A stretch of 64,000 nucleotides of DNA from an uncultured archaeon (GTDB lineage: Archaea; Asgardarchaeota; Thorarchaeia; Thorarchaeales; Thorarchaeaceae). Of the stretch, positions 1 to 8,711 are shown one piece after another. Within the stretch, counting starts at the first letter, position 1. The number at the start of each line of letters is the position of its first letter. The notes below the pieces were generated by a model that worked only from the letters and a program-made list of their open reading frames with translations, was not told the DNA's origin and made no database searches. The position numbers and the translations under genes are program-made. The DNA lies in assembly GCA_964610875.1 (NCBI GenBank), contig CAZSWP010000006.1, forward strand, positions 1-64,000, read 5' to 3'.

Positions 1-453
1 GCCTTGGTTCATGTCATCTTGGAACTCTTCAACAACATCATTGATAGCACCAATGTCCTCAATGATGACTGCGTCAAATTCGTAGACCTTGTCAAGTTCT
101 CTTTCGTTGATTTTCTCCTTAGAGCCCCAAGCTGCATAGCCATAGTCGGCATACCTGATTGATGATTCAATCTTATCTGTGAGTGCCAGCATTCTATCAA
201 AGGTTTCCCAGGTTTTGGTCAGGTTGTAGTCAACCACCATCATTTGGAGTTTTTCGAGGTCTTGCTTGACAAGTCGAAGCTGGTCTGCAAGAAATTCTCT
301 GAGGACCTTATCAGCTGAGCGGCGTTCCTCCTTCTCTTGGTAGCCATGCCATCCAGGGATGTAATGTGTTATCTTTCCAAATACGCCACCTTTGATGTCT
401 TTGGCTGCCTTCTTTCTAATACGCTTGGCAATAGGATCTGTGACCTTGCCCAT
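1..453 (-). CDS. Conserved hypothetical helical protein, 3'-truncated by the window edge (absent from the ORF track)
   Basis: ATG at 453 preceded by AGGAG. Frame is open for 151 codons to position 1: MGKVTDPIAKRIRKKAAKDIKGGVFGKITHYIPGWHGYQEKEERRSADKVLREFLADQL...IRYADYGYAAW...ELDKVYEFD. The IPGxxGYxEKExRRxADKxxR pattern is a recurring prokaryotic hypothetical family. Confidence 0.85.
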   Translation of the reverse strand, partial: MGKVTDPIAKRIRKKAAKDIKGGVFGKITHYIPGWHGYQEKEERRSADKVLREFLADQLRLVKQDLEKLQMMVVDYNLTKTWETFDRMLALTDKIESSIRYADYGYAAWGSKEKINERELDKVYEFDAVIIEDIGAINDVVEEFQDDMNQG

Positions 454-682
454 TGTGAATTCTCCTGATATCTTCAACCCTTTCTAGTGTAAGAAGCAGG
501 GTTGTTCTATACAGGCTCTGTACGTGAGTGCTTAAAAAATATGTTACAAAGTATCCCGTTACATATAGAAGCCTGAAACAGCGCTTTTTGACATCGCTTC
601 TTGAGATTCTCTCTCATCTTCGTTAAACTAAATCCTAGTATCGGTTTGAAGAACAATCGTAATGTTGATTGGGGGTAATTCA

Positions 683-946
683 ATGGCAGATGAATTCGAG
701 TATCAACATGAGAAAAAGAAATTATGGAAATATAATACACTTGTCATGCGTTCAGGATTGAAGGCATTGAGTGGTCTTTTCTTAGTAGGAGGTTTAGCTG
801 GAATGGTCTTCTATTTTCTATTGGGATATCATTTCACATATTCACAACCTGCTCTTCTCTCTCTGTTATTAGGAATTATCTGCTGGAGTATATTCTACAA
901 ATTACATTTGGATTATAGGGAGTTATATCCTAGTGGAGGTCTCTAA
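683..946 (+). CDS. Small two-TM membrane protein
   Basis: ORF 662-946. Likelier start is ATG 683 after GGGGT. Two hydrophobic segments. Confidence 0.6.
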   Translation: MADEFEYQHEKKKLWKYNTLVMRSGLKALSGLFLVGGLAGMVFYFLLGYHFTYSQPALLSLLLGIICWSIFYKLHLDYRELYPSGGL

Positions 947-1006
947 AGAACAGGATTGAATTTTATACAAGGTCCTCCTTCAAGAGTTACTTGATTTCGA
1001 TTAGAA

Positions 1007-2749
1007 TTAGACGGTAGTAGAATCAACTCTGATAGGTTTCTCAAGATGACTCCTATAGCGTGCTGGAACGGGATAATTACTGAATGAGTGTGAGTACCAT
1101 CTTTGCATCATACCTGCAATTTCAGATTCTGTTTGATCCCAGCGTTTTTTACTCAATTCGGGATGGACTGAAATTACTTTTGAACCGAGATGTTTTCCTA
1201 TTTTACCATTTTTACAAATCTGTACACCATTCTTGAAAGTGTATCTTGATTCACTGAAGTATTTGATAATCTTCTCCGGTCTACTTCTTAGATTGATTTT
1301 GACAGGGTTGAAGTCATAAACGGTTATGTCTGCATCTGCGCCAATTCCAAGATGTCCTTTCGATTTCTGTATTCCAAGTATCTTTGCAGGAGCAGATCTA
1401 GTAATTATCGCGATTTCATTTAGTGTGTATTCGCGGTCGATGTCTGGGAGATTTGATCTTTCTTTGACATAATTATGTGATTTGTCAATCCAGTCTGATC
1501 TTTGCTTCGCACTCATCAACCATGAAATAACAAGTGGATATTTTGAGAAAGGTCCACCATTTGGACTATCAGTACTCAGTGCGCAACGCCAGACATCTTT
1601 AGTGCTCAATGCAAATTCTAGAGGCGTTGCCCATTGTATAGCATTAGCTCCACTCGAAGATGAATAGTGATACGGCACAATTCCTGCTCCTCCTGGCAAT
1701 TCTACATCTATTGGGAGATTTGACCATTTTGCACTTCCATCAGACATCTTGTATAGAGCAAATTGAAATGGACCATCAGCTGTCATTGTCATTGCAGGTC
1801 CATAAGTTATCTGTCCAAGATCCAAACTGAAGTGGTTGTTTCTCTCAAAATATTCGGCAAATTCGGAACCTGCACATGCGATGTCCTTCCATTCAAACTT
1901 TCCACCATCCACCATCCCAATACAATCAAATGACATATGTGCGAGGTGAAGAACCTGCTTTCTTCCATTGTGACCCTTTATTTTTCTCAAAGCATCAAGC
2001 TGTTCGATAGTTGTTTTAATATTGCCAACTCTTCCTAAGTTATTGGGATGATAATGCAATGAATGAGGAAGTCCTAGGAGTTCAACCGCCTTGACCAAAC
2101 TTGTTGTTATTTGTCTGGGGGTTATTCCCCATTCTGGAACTTCAGTATCAAACAATCTTATGTTTCGTCCATTTGCCCAAACATAGGTGCCACCGGGATT
2201 CACAACTTTGACACCAAAACCCCCCACTTTTTGCAATGTCCAAGCGATATAGGCTGCAAGCCCAGGGATGTCCTTATCTCGAACATACTTGAAGGTAATC
2301 ATACTATTACAAAAGAGAGGTAGCATTCCGATATCCAGACCTGGGATATCTTCAATCTCTTCCCATGCACTGAGTGCTTTTACTGCAGGGAGAGCAGGTT
2401 CTATTACAGTTGTATAACCCATGATTGAGTATTGGTACCCCAATGCATAAGATGAAGGAAGAATTCCATTGACCCCTGACCTCGTCTTCTTTGTTACTGG
2501 AAATCCATGATGTCTATTTGATTCTGGAGAGGTAGCTCTTGCCGTGTTCATCTTTGACCCTAGAATATGAGAATGAAGATCAACACCACCTGGCATTACG
2601 ACCTTACCTTTGAGGTCTATCGACCTTGTGCTTTCAGGGACCTTTTCTACTATCTTACCCTTAGATATGCATATGTCAAGGATTTCTCCATCAATCTGAT
2701 TAAGTGGGTCATAGACCGTACCATTCCTCAGTATCAGATGGTTTTTCAC
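1007..2749 (-). CDS. fwdA: Formylmethanofuran dehydrogenase subunit A (amidohydrolase)
   Basis: Motifs VMPGGVDLHSH, GYTTVIEP, KVVNPGG, HYHPNNLG, MTADGP, STDSPNGGPF, GHLGIGADADI. Confidence 0.95.
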   Translation of the reverse strand: MKNHLILRNGTVYDPLNQIDGEILDICISKGKIVEKVPESTRSIDLKGKVVMPGGVDLHSHILGSKMNTARATSPESNRHHGFPVTKKTRSGVNGILPSSYALGYQYSIMGYTTVIEPALPAVKALSAWEEIEDIPGLDIGMLPLFCNSMITFKYVRDKDIPGLAAYIAWTLQKVGGFGVKVVNPGGTYVWANGRNIRLFDTEVPEWGITPRQITTSLVKAVELLGLPHSLHYHPNNLGRVGNIKTTIEQLDALRKIKGHNGRKQVLHLAHMSFDCIGMVDGGKFEWKDIACAGSEFAEYFERNNHFSLDLGQITYGPAMTMTADGPFQFALYKMSDGSAKWSNLPIDVELPGGAGIVPYHYSSSSGANAIQWATPLEFALSTKDVWRCALSTDSPNGGPFSKYPLVISWLMSAKQRSDWIDKSHNYVKERSNLPDIDREYTLNEIAIITRSAPAKILGIQKSKGHLGIGADADITVYDFNPVKINLRSRPEKIIKYFSESRYTFKNGVQICKNGKIGKHLGSKVISVHPELSKKRWDQTESEIAGMMQRWYSHSFSNYPVPARYRSHLEKPIRVDSTTV

Positions 2750-4041
2750 TCTATGTCCTCCCTTATTGATTTGTATAACATCTGTAAAATTTCTCGGTCT
2801 GGATATATTCCATCTCGTGGTTCTACTAACTTCTTCAAATAGAGTGGTAGACCATCCATCCTACTAGCGGATCCATCGCATTCAATTCCTGCAATTGCTG
2901 AAGGTATATTGACCTTAGCTATCTTTGAAGTCATGTTGACTTTGGGATCGATATTGATTATGGGAATTCGCATCAGGTGGTTGACTGCTGCTTTAGGAAA
3001 ATGTGCAACTGGATCCGAGGCAATATTAAGCAGTGCATCCACTTCTCCTCTTGCTAGAAGGTCTACCGCTGTATATTCTCCTGGTTGAAATCGCGGATAT
3101 CCTTTTGAGAAGTCTACTGCAAAAGGAAATCCTGTTTGCCATGTAGATGTCTTATTTGCTCCAGTAACATTGTAATGTCCTCTCATGGGCATCATGGTCC
3201 ATTTTGTGTATGAGTTCAAATCCTGAACAAGCCGAATTGCAGCATCTACATTGCGATGCCTACCTCTACTTTGTGAGAGACCCAGACCAAAGAAGAAAAC
3301 ACCATATTTTACATCCTTCAGTTTTGAAGCGATTTCTCGAAGTTCATCTATATGGATTCCACCAACTTCCTTTACATCTAGTTCATGTCCTCTTACCAAA
3401 GCTCGTAGACTGAGAAGAACTTCAAGGTCATCTCCTGGTTTGACTCTGATGAAACGGTCAACCATTCTTGCAGTAGTAGTCTTTCGAATATCCACAATCC
3501 ATATTTCACGCTTGGTTTTCGGGTCTGAAACATATTCACCTGGTTGACGAATATAACGAGGTATGTGTCTTGGATGAGCAGATGCAGGATTAGCCCCCCA
3601 ATAGATGACTAGATCTGCACGATGTCTTACTTCTGCCAACATAGCCGCAGACTCACCTGATTCTTGGGTGCCCATAATGGTTGGTCCATGGCAGACAGAG
3701 GAGGTATTATCCACTAATCCTCTAAGATACTCGGCTATTCTGTAAGCCTCACGATGAGCATCATTTTCAGTTGAACTCAAGCCATAAACAAGAAGCCTTC
3801 TTGCACTAGTTACTATCTCAGCAGCTTTTTTGATAGCTTGTTGTAACGGTACGCTTTCTCCATCTATAGTTGGGAATTCACATCTATTTTCTCGATGTCC
3901 CAAAAACTTTTCCTTTGAAATTGCACAACCATTTGTGTTTTTGACTATTCTTTCTCCGGATACTTCTATAATCAAATCGTCACAGAGACAGCCACAGAAT
4001 GTGCAAGGCACATCGTTAATTATCCGGGTCTTTTCAGTCAT
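2746..4041 (-). CDS. fwdB: Formylmethanofuran dehydrogenase subunit B (Mo/W-pterin)
   Basis: CTFCGCLCDD Fe-S motif, SSVCHGP metal-ligand Cys, WGANPxxAHPRH, MRGHYNVTG, RMDG. Start trimmed to ATG 4041 (MTEKT). Confidence 0.95.
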   Translation of the reverse strand: MTEKTRIINDVPCTFCGCLCDDLIIEVSGERIVKNTNGCAISKEKFLGHRENRCEFPTIDGESVPLQQAIKKAAEIVTSARRLLVYGLSSTENDAHREAYRIAEYLRGLVDNTSSVCHGPTIMGTQESGESAAMLAEVRHRADLVIYWGANPASAHPRHIPRYIRQPGEYVSDPKTKREIWIVDIRKTTTARMVDRFIRVKPGDDLEVLLSLRALVRGHELDVKEVGGIHIDELREIASKLKDVKYGVFFFGLGLSQSRGRHRNVDAAIRLVQDLNSYTKWTMMPMRGHYNVTGANKTSTWQTGFPFAVDFSKGYPRFQPGEYTAVDLLARGEVDALLNIASDPVAHFPKAAVNHLMRIPIINIDPKVNMTSKIAKVNIPSAIAGIECDGSASRMDGLPLYLKKLVEPRDGIYPDREILQMLYKSIREDIE

Positions 4042-4042
4042 T

Positions 4043-4441
4043 TCACTCACTCTTATGAACTTCCACGAAATCATCAATATCTCGAATCTTAGAACCTGGT
4101 GCAGGGATAACAATAGCGTCAATACTTTTGTACGAGGGCATGCCAGTCTGCTGAGTATCAGAACCAATTAATTCGTTAAAATATGGGCCACATGGTATGA
4201 ATGCAATTCCCGGCTCCATATCCTTACCCGTTTTTACTTTCACAACCGTTTCTCCTAGTAGTGATTCAACTCGAATAATGTCCCCGTCTTGCACACCAAT
4301 ACTATTCATGGATATGGCATCAATCTCACATATTGCTACAGCATCTATATACTGTTGACTGTTTTTCCCTTTCTCCATAGCTCGTCCTTGATTCAATGTT
4401 CTGCCTGATGTGACAATTACCTTAATGCCGACTCTACTCAT
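4043..4441 (-). CDS. fwdD: Formylmethanofuran dehydrogenase subunit D (molybdopterin dinucleotide-binding)
   Basis: SGRTLNQG, GIAFIPCGP, TGMPSYK. Start trimmed to MSRVG (4441). Confidence 0.92.
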   Translation of the reverse strand: MSRVGIKVIVTSGRTLNQGRAMEKGKNSQQYIDAVAICEIDAISMNSIGVQDGDIIRVESLLGETVVKVKTGKDMEPGIAFIPCGPYFNELIGSDTQQTGMPSYKSIDAIVIPAPGSKIRDIDDFVEVHKSE

Positions 4442-4475
4442 ACTCCTTTCTCCAGACCATTTTGTAACATGATTC

Positions 4476-5390
4476 TTATTTTTCAAACAGTCCTAGTTGA
4501 TACAAGTCTATCTTATACTTTCCAAGTTTTCCACCAAAATTGCCTGCAGTAACTTTGATGATTCCCTCGTGTTTACAGACTTCAGTTATGGCGACTCTCA
4601 TCGCTTCAGAGACTGCTTCGAGAGTCAATCCGTTTATCACAATCTCGACGACAAATTCACAATCATCTGGAACCAAGCTATTTGCAACCAGTGTACGAAT
4701 CGTAGGACAGTATCTTTCATTAGTTGAAGCAAGTAGTTTTTTGTATTCTGATGACGGTTTTGATCCGGAACCAACAATTCCTCCAGGGAATGGAGTATAA
4801 GCACCCTCTACATTCTCTATTGCTTTGACTGCTTTTTTTCCACTGTTCATTCCTGATTCTATATCGGTACTGAAATAGATGAAATTGCCCCCAGCAACAC
4901 CTTTCGTTCGACCGAAGTCTTCTTGCACAATAAATGTGCCGCTCATTCTGGGAACAAGCCAAAGAACTCTTCCTCCAACTGGTCCTTTCTTAACTTGATA
5001 CTTGTCACCAAACATTGCAATTTTCTTGCCGATATTATACCGTTCTCTTGAATTGGGTGTGTCATCAAAGGCACAGGCAGTAGGACTTGTTAACATACAT
5101 TGTCCAATCCGTGCCAGTAATTGTTCTTCTAGTGCGTTCTTCTTTGCAGTAGCAAAAATCACACGAACTCCAGGTCTTCCGTCGGGTGTTTCATCTGACT
5201 TCAATATAAGTTCAATTCCTGCTTCAGCAGGTGCCATAATTATTGAAGTAGCAAAACCTGTAGCTTCCAAAGCAGTTGTTCTAGCCCAATCCTCATCATA
5301 TGCAGTAATGATTGTTCTATTCATGTGCATACTGAAAGCTTCTGCAAAGGTATCATCAATTGGTACTCCATTGAGTTCCACTATTGTCAC
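4476..5390 (-). CDS. ftr: Formylmethanofuran:tetrahydromethanopterin formyltransferase
   Basis: IDDTFAEAF, TGFATSII, TPDGRPG, RIGQCMLT, GVAGGNF, PFPGGIVGSGSK, AGNFGGKLG. Confidence 0.96.
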   Translation of the reverse strand: MTIVELNGVPIDDTFAEAFSMHMNRTIITAYDEDWARTTALEATGFATSIIMAPAEAGIELILKSDETPDGRPGVRVIFATAKKNALEEQLLARIGQCMLTSPTACAFDDTPNSRERYNIGKKIAMFGDKYQVKKGPVGGRVLWLVPRMSGTFIVQEDFGRTKGVAGGNFIYFSTDIESGMNSGKKAVKAIENVEGAYTPFPGGIVGSGSKPSSEYKKLLASTNERYCPTIRTLVANSLVPDDCEFVVEIVINGLTLEAVSEAMRVAITEVCKHEGIIKVTAGNFGGKLGKYKIDLYQLGLFEK

Positions 5391-5405
5391 ACTCTTTTGG
5401 TACTT

Positions 5406-5430
5406 GAAAAGATACTTGTGCTATCTTTTC
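5406..5430. promoter_or_regulatory. Perfect 9-bp inverted repeat (GAAAAGATA-N7-TATCTTTTC) in the ftr/fwdC divergent region
   Basis: Seen directly, 15 bp upstream of the ftr start. Function inferred. Confidence 0.45.
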
Positions 5431-5505
5431 TTTCTTCCTGCTAATGTCAGTCAAAGCGCTTATCTGCTAGAATTTTATTAGACATGAATCAGGTCTGGGT
5501 GAAAG

Positions 5506-6363
5506 ATGGTAGTATATTTGACTCTCAAACAGCCACCTGTCTTACCAATTGAAGCAGACACGATCACACCAAATGAATTTGCAGGAAAAACTTCATACGA
5601 AATAGGAGAACTTGCAGTACAGCAAGGTAACGAGTCCAAGATACTCAGCGATTTTTTCGAAATAAAAGGTGAATCCAGTAGCAATCCTAACGAAACGGAG
5701 ATTGAGATAACTGGTGACTTACGAAAAATAAAAATGATTGGTAAAAGAACGAGCGGTGGAAAAATTGGGATTACTGGAAATGTAGGTATGTATTTGGGAG
5801 CAGAGATGATAGCTGGAAGAATTCATGTGAATGGTTCTGTTGGTGCATGGGCTGCAGCTGAGATGAAAGGTGGAAATATTCAAATTGAGGGTGATGCTGG
5901 CGATTGTCTTTGTGCTGGGTATAGAGGTAGTCCTGATGGCATGGAAGGTGGAAGAGTCTATGTTGCAGGCGATGTTGGTAGAGAGATGGCACTGCATATG
6001 AGAAGAGGATTCATTGCGGTAAAAGGAAATGTGTCTGAATTATGTGCTTCTAGGATGCGCGGAGGTAGTATCATTATTCAAGGTGATCTCGGTAGTAGAG
6101 CAGGTGTTGAGGCAACTAGAGGTATGATGTTTGTATTAGGAAAGATTGAATCTGTCTTGCCAACTTACAGATATACTGGAACTTCTGAGAGAGAAATAAC
6201 CGGTTATTATCTGAGATATTTGCAGTCACGTAGAAGTGATTTTCTACCTGAGTTCATTCAGCCATCTGAGAAATGGATGAAGTTCATTGGTGATTTTGCT
6301 GAGGGCAATCCACGGTTCGAGATATTTTCTAAGGCTTCCTCAAATTTCCATCTTCTTGATTAA
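5506..6363 (+). CDS. fwdC: Formylmethanofuran dehydrogenase subunit C (GXGXG beta-helix)
   Basis: PIEADTITP; repeated GxxMxGGxIxIxG units; GYRGSxxGMxGG. Confidence 0.93.
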   Translation: MVVYLTLKQPPVLPIEADTITPNEFAGKTSYEIGELAVQQGNESKILSDFFEIKGESSSNPNETEIEITGDLRKIKMIGKRTSGGKIGITGNVGMYLGAEMIAGRIHVNGSVGAWAAAEMKGGNIQIEGDAGDCLCAGYRGSPDGMEGGRVYVAGDVGREMALHMRRGFIAVKGNVSELCASRMRGGSIIIQGDLGSRAGVEATRGMMFVLGKIESVLPTYRYTGTSEREITGYYLRYLQSRRSDFLPEFIQPSEKWMKFIGDFAEGNPRFEIFSKASSNFHLLD

Positions 6364-6364
6364 C

Positions 6365-7711
6365 TCACAATTTTACCCATTTTGACAACTCATAGAAAAG
6401 ATGTACAAATCGTTTCATATCGAGAAAGAGATTCTTTAACGCAATGCTTTCATTTGGAGCATGCTGTCTTGCTTCTACATCTGCACATCCAATTGCAACC
6501 ATTGGTACTAAGTCTTTGAATAGGAATAAAGGTCCGGAAGCTGGAGATGTTGGATGTACTACCAGATCCCCAAAAACGGCTTCGTTGGCTTTTCTTACAA
6601 CTTCAACAAATGGATGGTCTATTGGCGTTTTAGCGGCCGGATACGCCTCGTACCATGGAATGTGGATTTTATCATATCCGAGCTTGGAAAAATGCTTCTT
6701 TAGGTTTTCAAGTATTTTTTCAGGGTCTTGATTTTCTACGAGTCTGAAATCTAGTTTCGCTGAAGCTTTTGCTGGAAGAATTGTCATCGACCCCTCTCCC
6801 TGATATCCACTTGTTAGTCCTGAAATTGTGCAAGTTGGACTATTGTAGTAGACCTGTTTCAACTCATCACCACTCAATCCATGGAGCAGTTGCTCAAGCT
6901 GGAAGTTTTCCTTGATATCATTCTCATGTAATTCTATTTTCTCAAGAGCTGTCAATTCTTTATCATCTAAAGGTTTGATATCATCATAGAATCCGTCAAT
7001 CTGTACTCTTCCATCCCTATCCTTCAAAGATGCAAGAGCTTGTATCAGCTGATCCGGAGCAGAAGGAAGGTGTGTGGCTTGACTTGAGTGCACATCTCTA
7101 TTAAGACACTGGATCTCAAGCTGAATATACAAATCGCCTTTAAGCCCCAACCAGGCTTGTTGTCTTCCATCATATCCTTCTCCACCGAATTCCCATACTC
7201 CAGCATCAGCCTTAAGGAAATCTTTGTTTTTCCTTACGAAATCCGGGAGATTGATACTGGCAATCTCTTCTTCTCCTTCGATACAAAATTTGATATTCAC
7301 TGGTGGATCGGTATTCGTTTCCTTGAAAGCTTTCAAAGTGAAGATTCGACTAATCGTATTTCCTTTATTATCAGATGTTCCTCTCCCGTAGATTCTACCA
7401 TTTCGAATATCGGCTTCAAATGGGGGTGAATCCCACAAATCTAAGGGCTCTGCAGGCTGTACATCATAATGGTCATAGAATAATAGTGTTCGTTCTGCTC
7501 CTACATCAAGATGTCCTGTGACTACCGGTGCACCACCTGTTGAATGAATCTCTGATTGCAGACCTGCCTCTTCTAACTGCATAGCAACAAATTCTGCACT
7601 TTCTTCAATGCCAATTTTTTGAGCAGCGATTGAAGGAATCACAATGAACTCTGAGAGTGTTTTCAAAACATTGTCTTGATTTTTATCGATATACTCTAAC
7701 ACAGCTTCCAA
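6365..7711 (-). CDS. M20/M25/M40 family metallo-dipeptidase (ArgE/DapE/Dug1-like)
   Basis: YDHYDVQP, GRGTSDNKG, EGEEE, HS, QHAPNE metal-binding motifs. Confidence 0.92.
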   Translation of the reverse strand: MEAVLEYIDKNQDNVLKTLSEFIVIPSIAAQKIGIEESAEFVAMQLEEAGLQSEIHSTGGAPVVTGHLDVGAERTLLFYDHYDVQPAEPLDLWDSPPFEADIRNGRIYGRGTSDNKGNTISRIFTLKAFKETNTDPPVNIKFCIEGEEEIASINLPDFVRKNKDFLKADAGVWEFGGEGYDGRQQAWLGLKGDLYIQLEIQCLNRDVHSSQATHLPSAPDQLIQALASLKDRDGRVQIDGFYDDIKPLDDKELTALEKIELHENDIKENFQLEQLLHGLSGDELKQVYYNSPTCTISGLTSGYQGEGSMTILPAKASAKLDFRLVENQDPEKILENLKKHFSKLGYDKIHIPWYEAYPAAKTPIDHPFVEVVRKANEAVFGDLVVHPTSPASGPLFLFKDLVPMVAIGCADVEARQHAPNESIALKNLFLDMKRFVHLFYELSKWVKL

Positions 7712-7804
7712 AGTAACACACCTGGATTGAGTAAGTAGGTACCACCTGAAATATTCTCTCTATAGCATTCTTTATGTGCTGTTTCATGTAAACTTCTAAC
7801 ATTC

Positions 7805-8584
7805 TTGGTGTATCTTGGAATGCATGTAATTCAAAGTGGAGAATTCTCAAATGAGGACGAATCCAAGTATTTGGTATCTCGTATGCAAACGAGAGGTATT
7901 CTTAGAAAAACGCATTTAGAAGAGCTAGAACGAGTTCAAACTTTTTTAAGACCACTGATGATTGTGTCATTTCTAGATGATGATGAGCAACTTATATCCA
8001 AATCCCTTCTTGACGCCAGTTTCGTTCAGTGCACCCAAGATCTTGACCTTCAGTTGCTTCTCTGGCGTCCAAAATATCTCTCTCTAGAAATAAAGGATGC
8101 TGATTTTCCTATCATACCAAAGATTGTTAGTGAGGACACATCATATCATGCAACTGGATATCTGAACTCCCTCCTTTCTAAATGGAATGAAGCACAGCAA
8201 CTAATGGATGATATGTCTGATGATGTTAGAAAGATACAGTTAGATAGACGATCACTGGTTGCATTCATACTGCCTAGGACTCCTAGTAATGTCAGAAAGG
8301 AGGATGAGATATATGGCATCCATAGCAAACTCAATGGTTATCTTCTTGCATATTCACTAGTGTTGAACTGTACAAAAGAATCAACGATTGCAAGATACAA
8401 AATCACTTCGAATATATATCTGAAAACCACAATTGCAAAATATCGTCATATTGAAACAAATGAAATCAATTATCGCGTTCTTGAACATGCTGGATGTAAA
8501 TCTATCCGGGATGCAGAAAAAAATGGTGCCGTGTTACAGAGGTTGCTAACATTACAACCAAACTGCTATTCTGTTTTTTCCTGA
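7805..8584 (+). CDS. Hypothetical protein
   Basis: 259-aa ORF filling the intergenic gap; no recognised motif. Confidence 0.6.
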   Translation: MVYLGMHVIQSGEFSNEDESKYLVSRMQTRGILRKTHLEELERVQTFLRPLMIVSFLDDDEQLISKSLLDASFVQCTQDLDLQLLLWRPKYLSLEIKDADFPIIPKIVSEDTSYHATGYLNSLLSKWNEAQQLMDDMSDDVRKIQLDRRSLVAFILPRTPSNVRKEDEIYGIHSKLNGYLLAYSLVLNCTKESTIARYKITSNIYLKTTIAKYRHIETNEINYRVLEHAGCKSIRDAEKNGAVLQRLLTLQPNCYSVFS

Positions 8585-8711
8585 TTTGAATGATGAAAAT
8601 CTCATTATAAGAAACGTTCTTTGTACGTAAATAACAATGTTTAAAGAGCGCCACAACGTAGTCATAAGCACTTAGGATTATATCCTATAAAATTCTCTTG
8701 GAGGAGAACTT

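Noticed and set aside
2746-4041. Selenocysteine in FwdB
   Set aside because: The metal-ligand position is an ordinary Cys (SSVCHGP) and there is no in-frame TGA.
1007-6363. Calling the cluster a methylotroph-type Fhc
   Set aside because: FhcB lacks the Fe-S and pterin ligands; these are intact here and fwdD is present.
7805-8584. Distant homology of this ORF to the zinc-ribbon membrane pair at 41.6-43.6 kb
   Set aside because: Only a vague F/YxP-hydrophobic pattern; cannot be supported without profile comparison.
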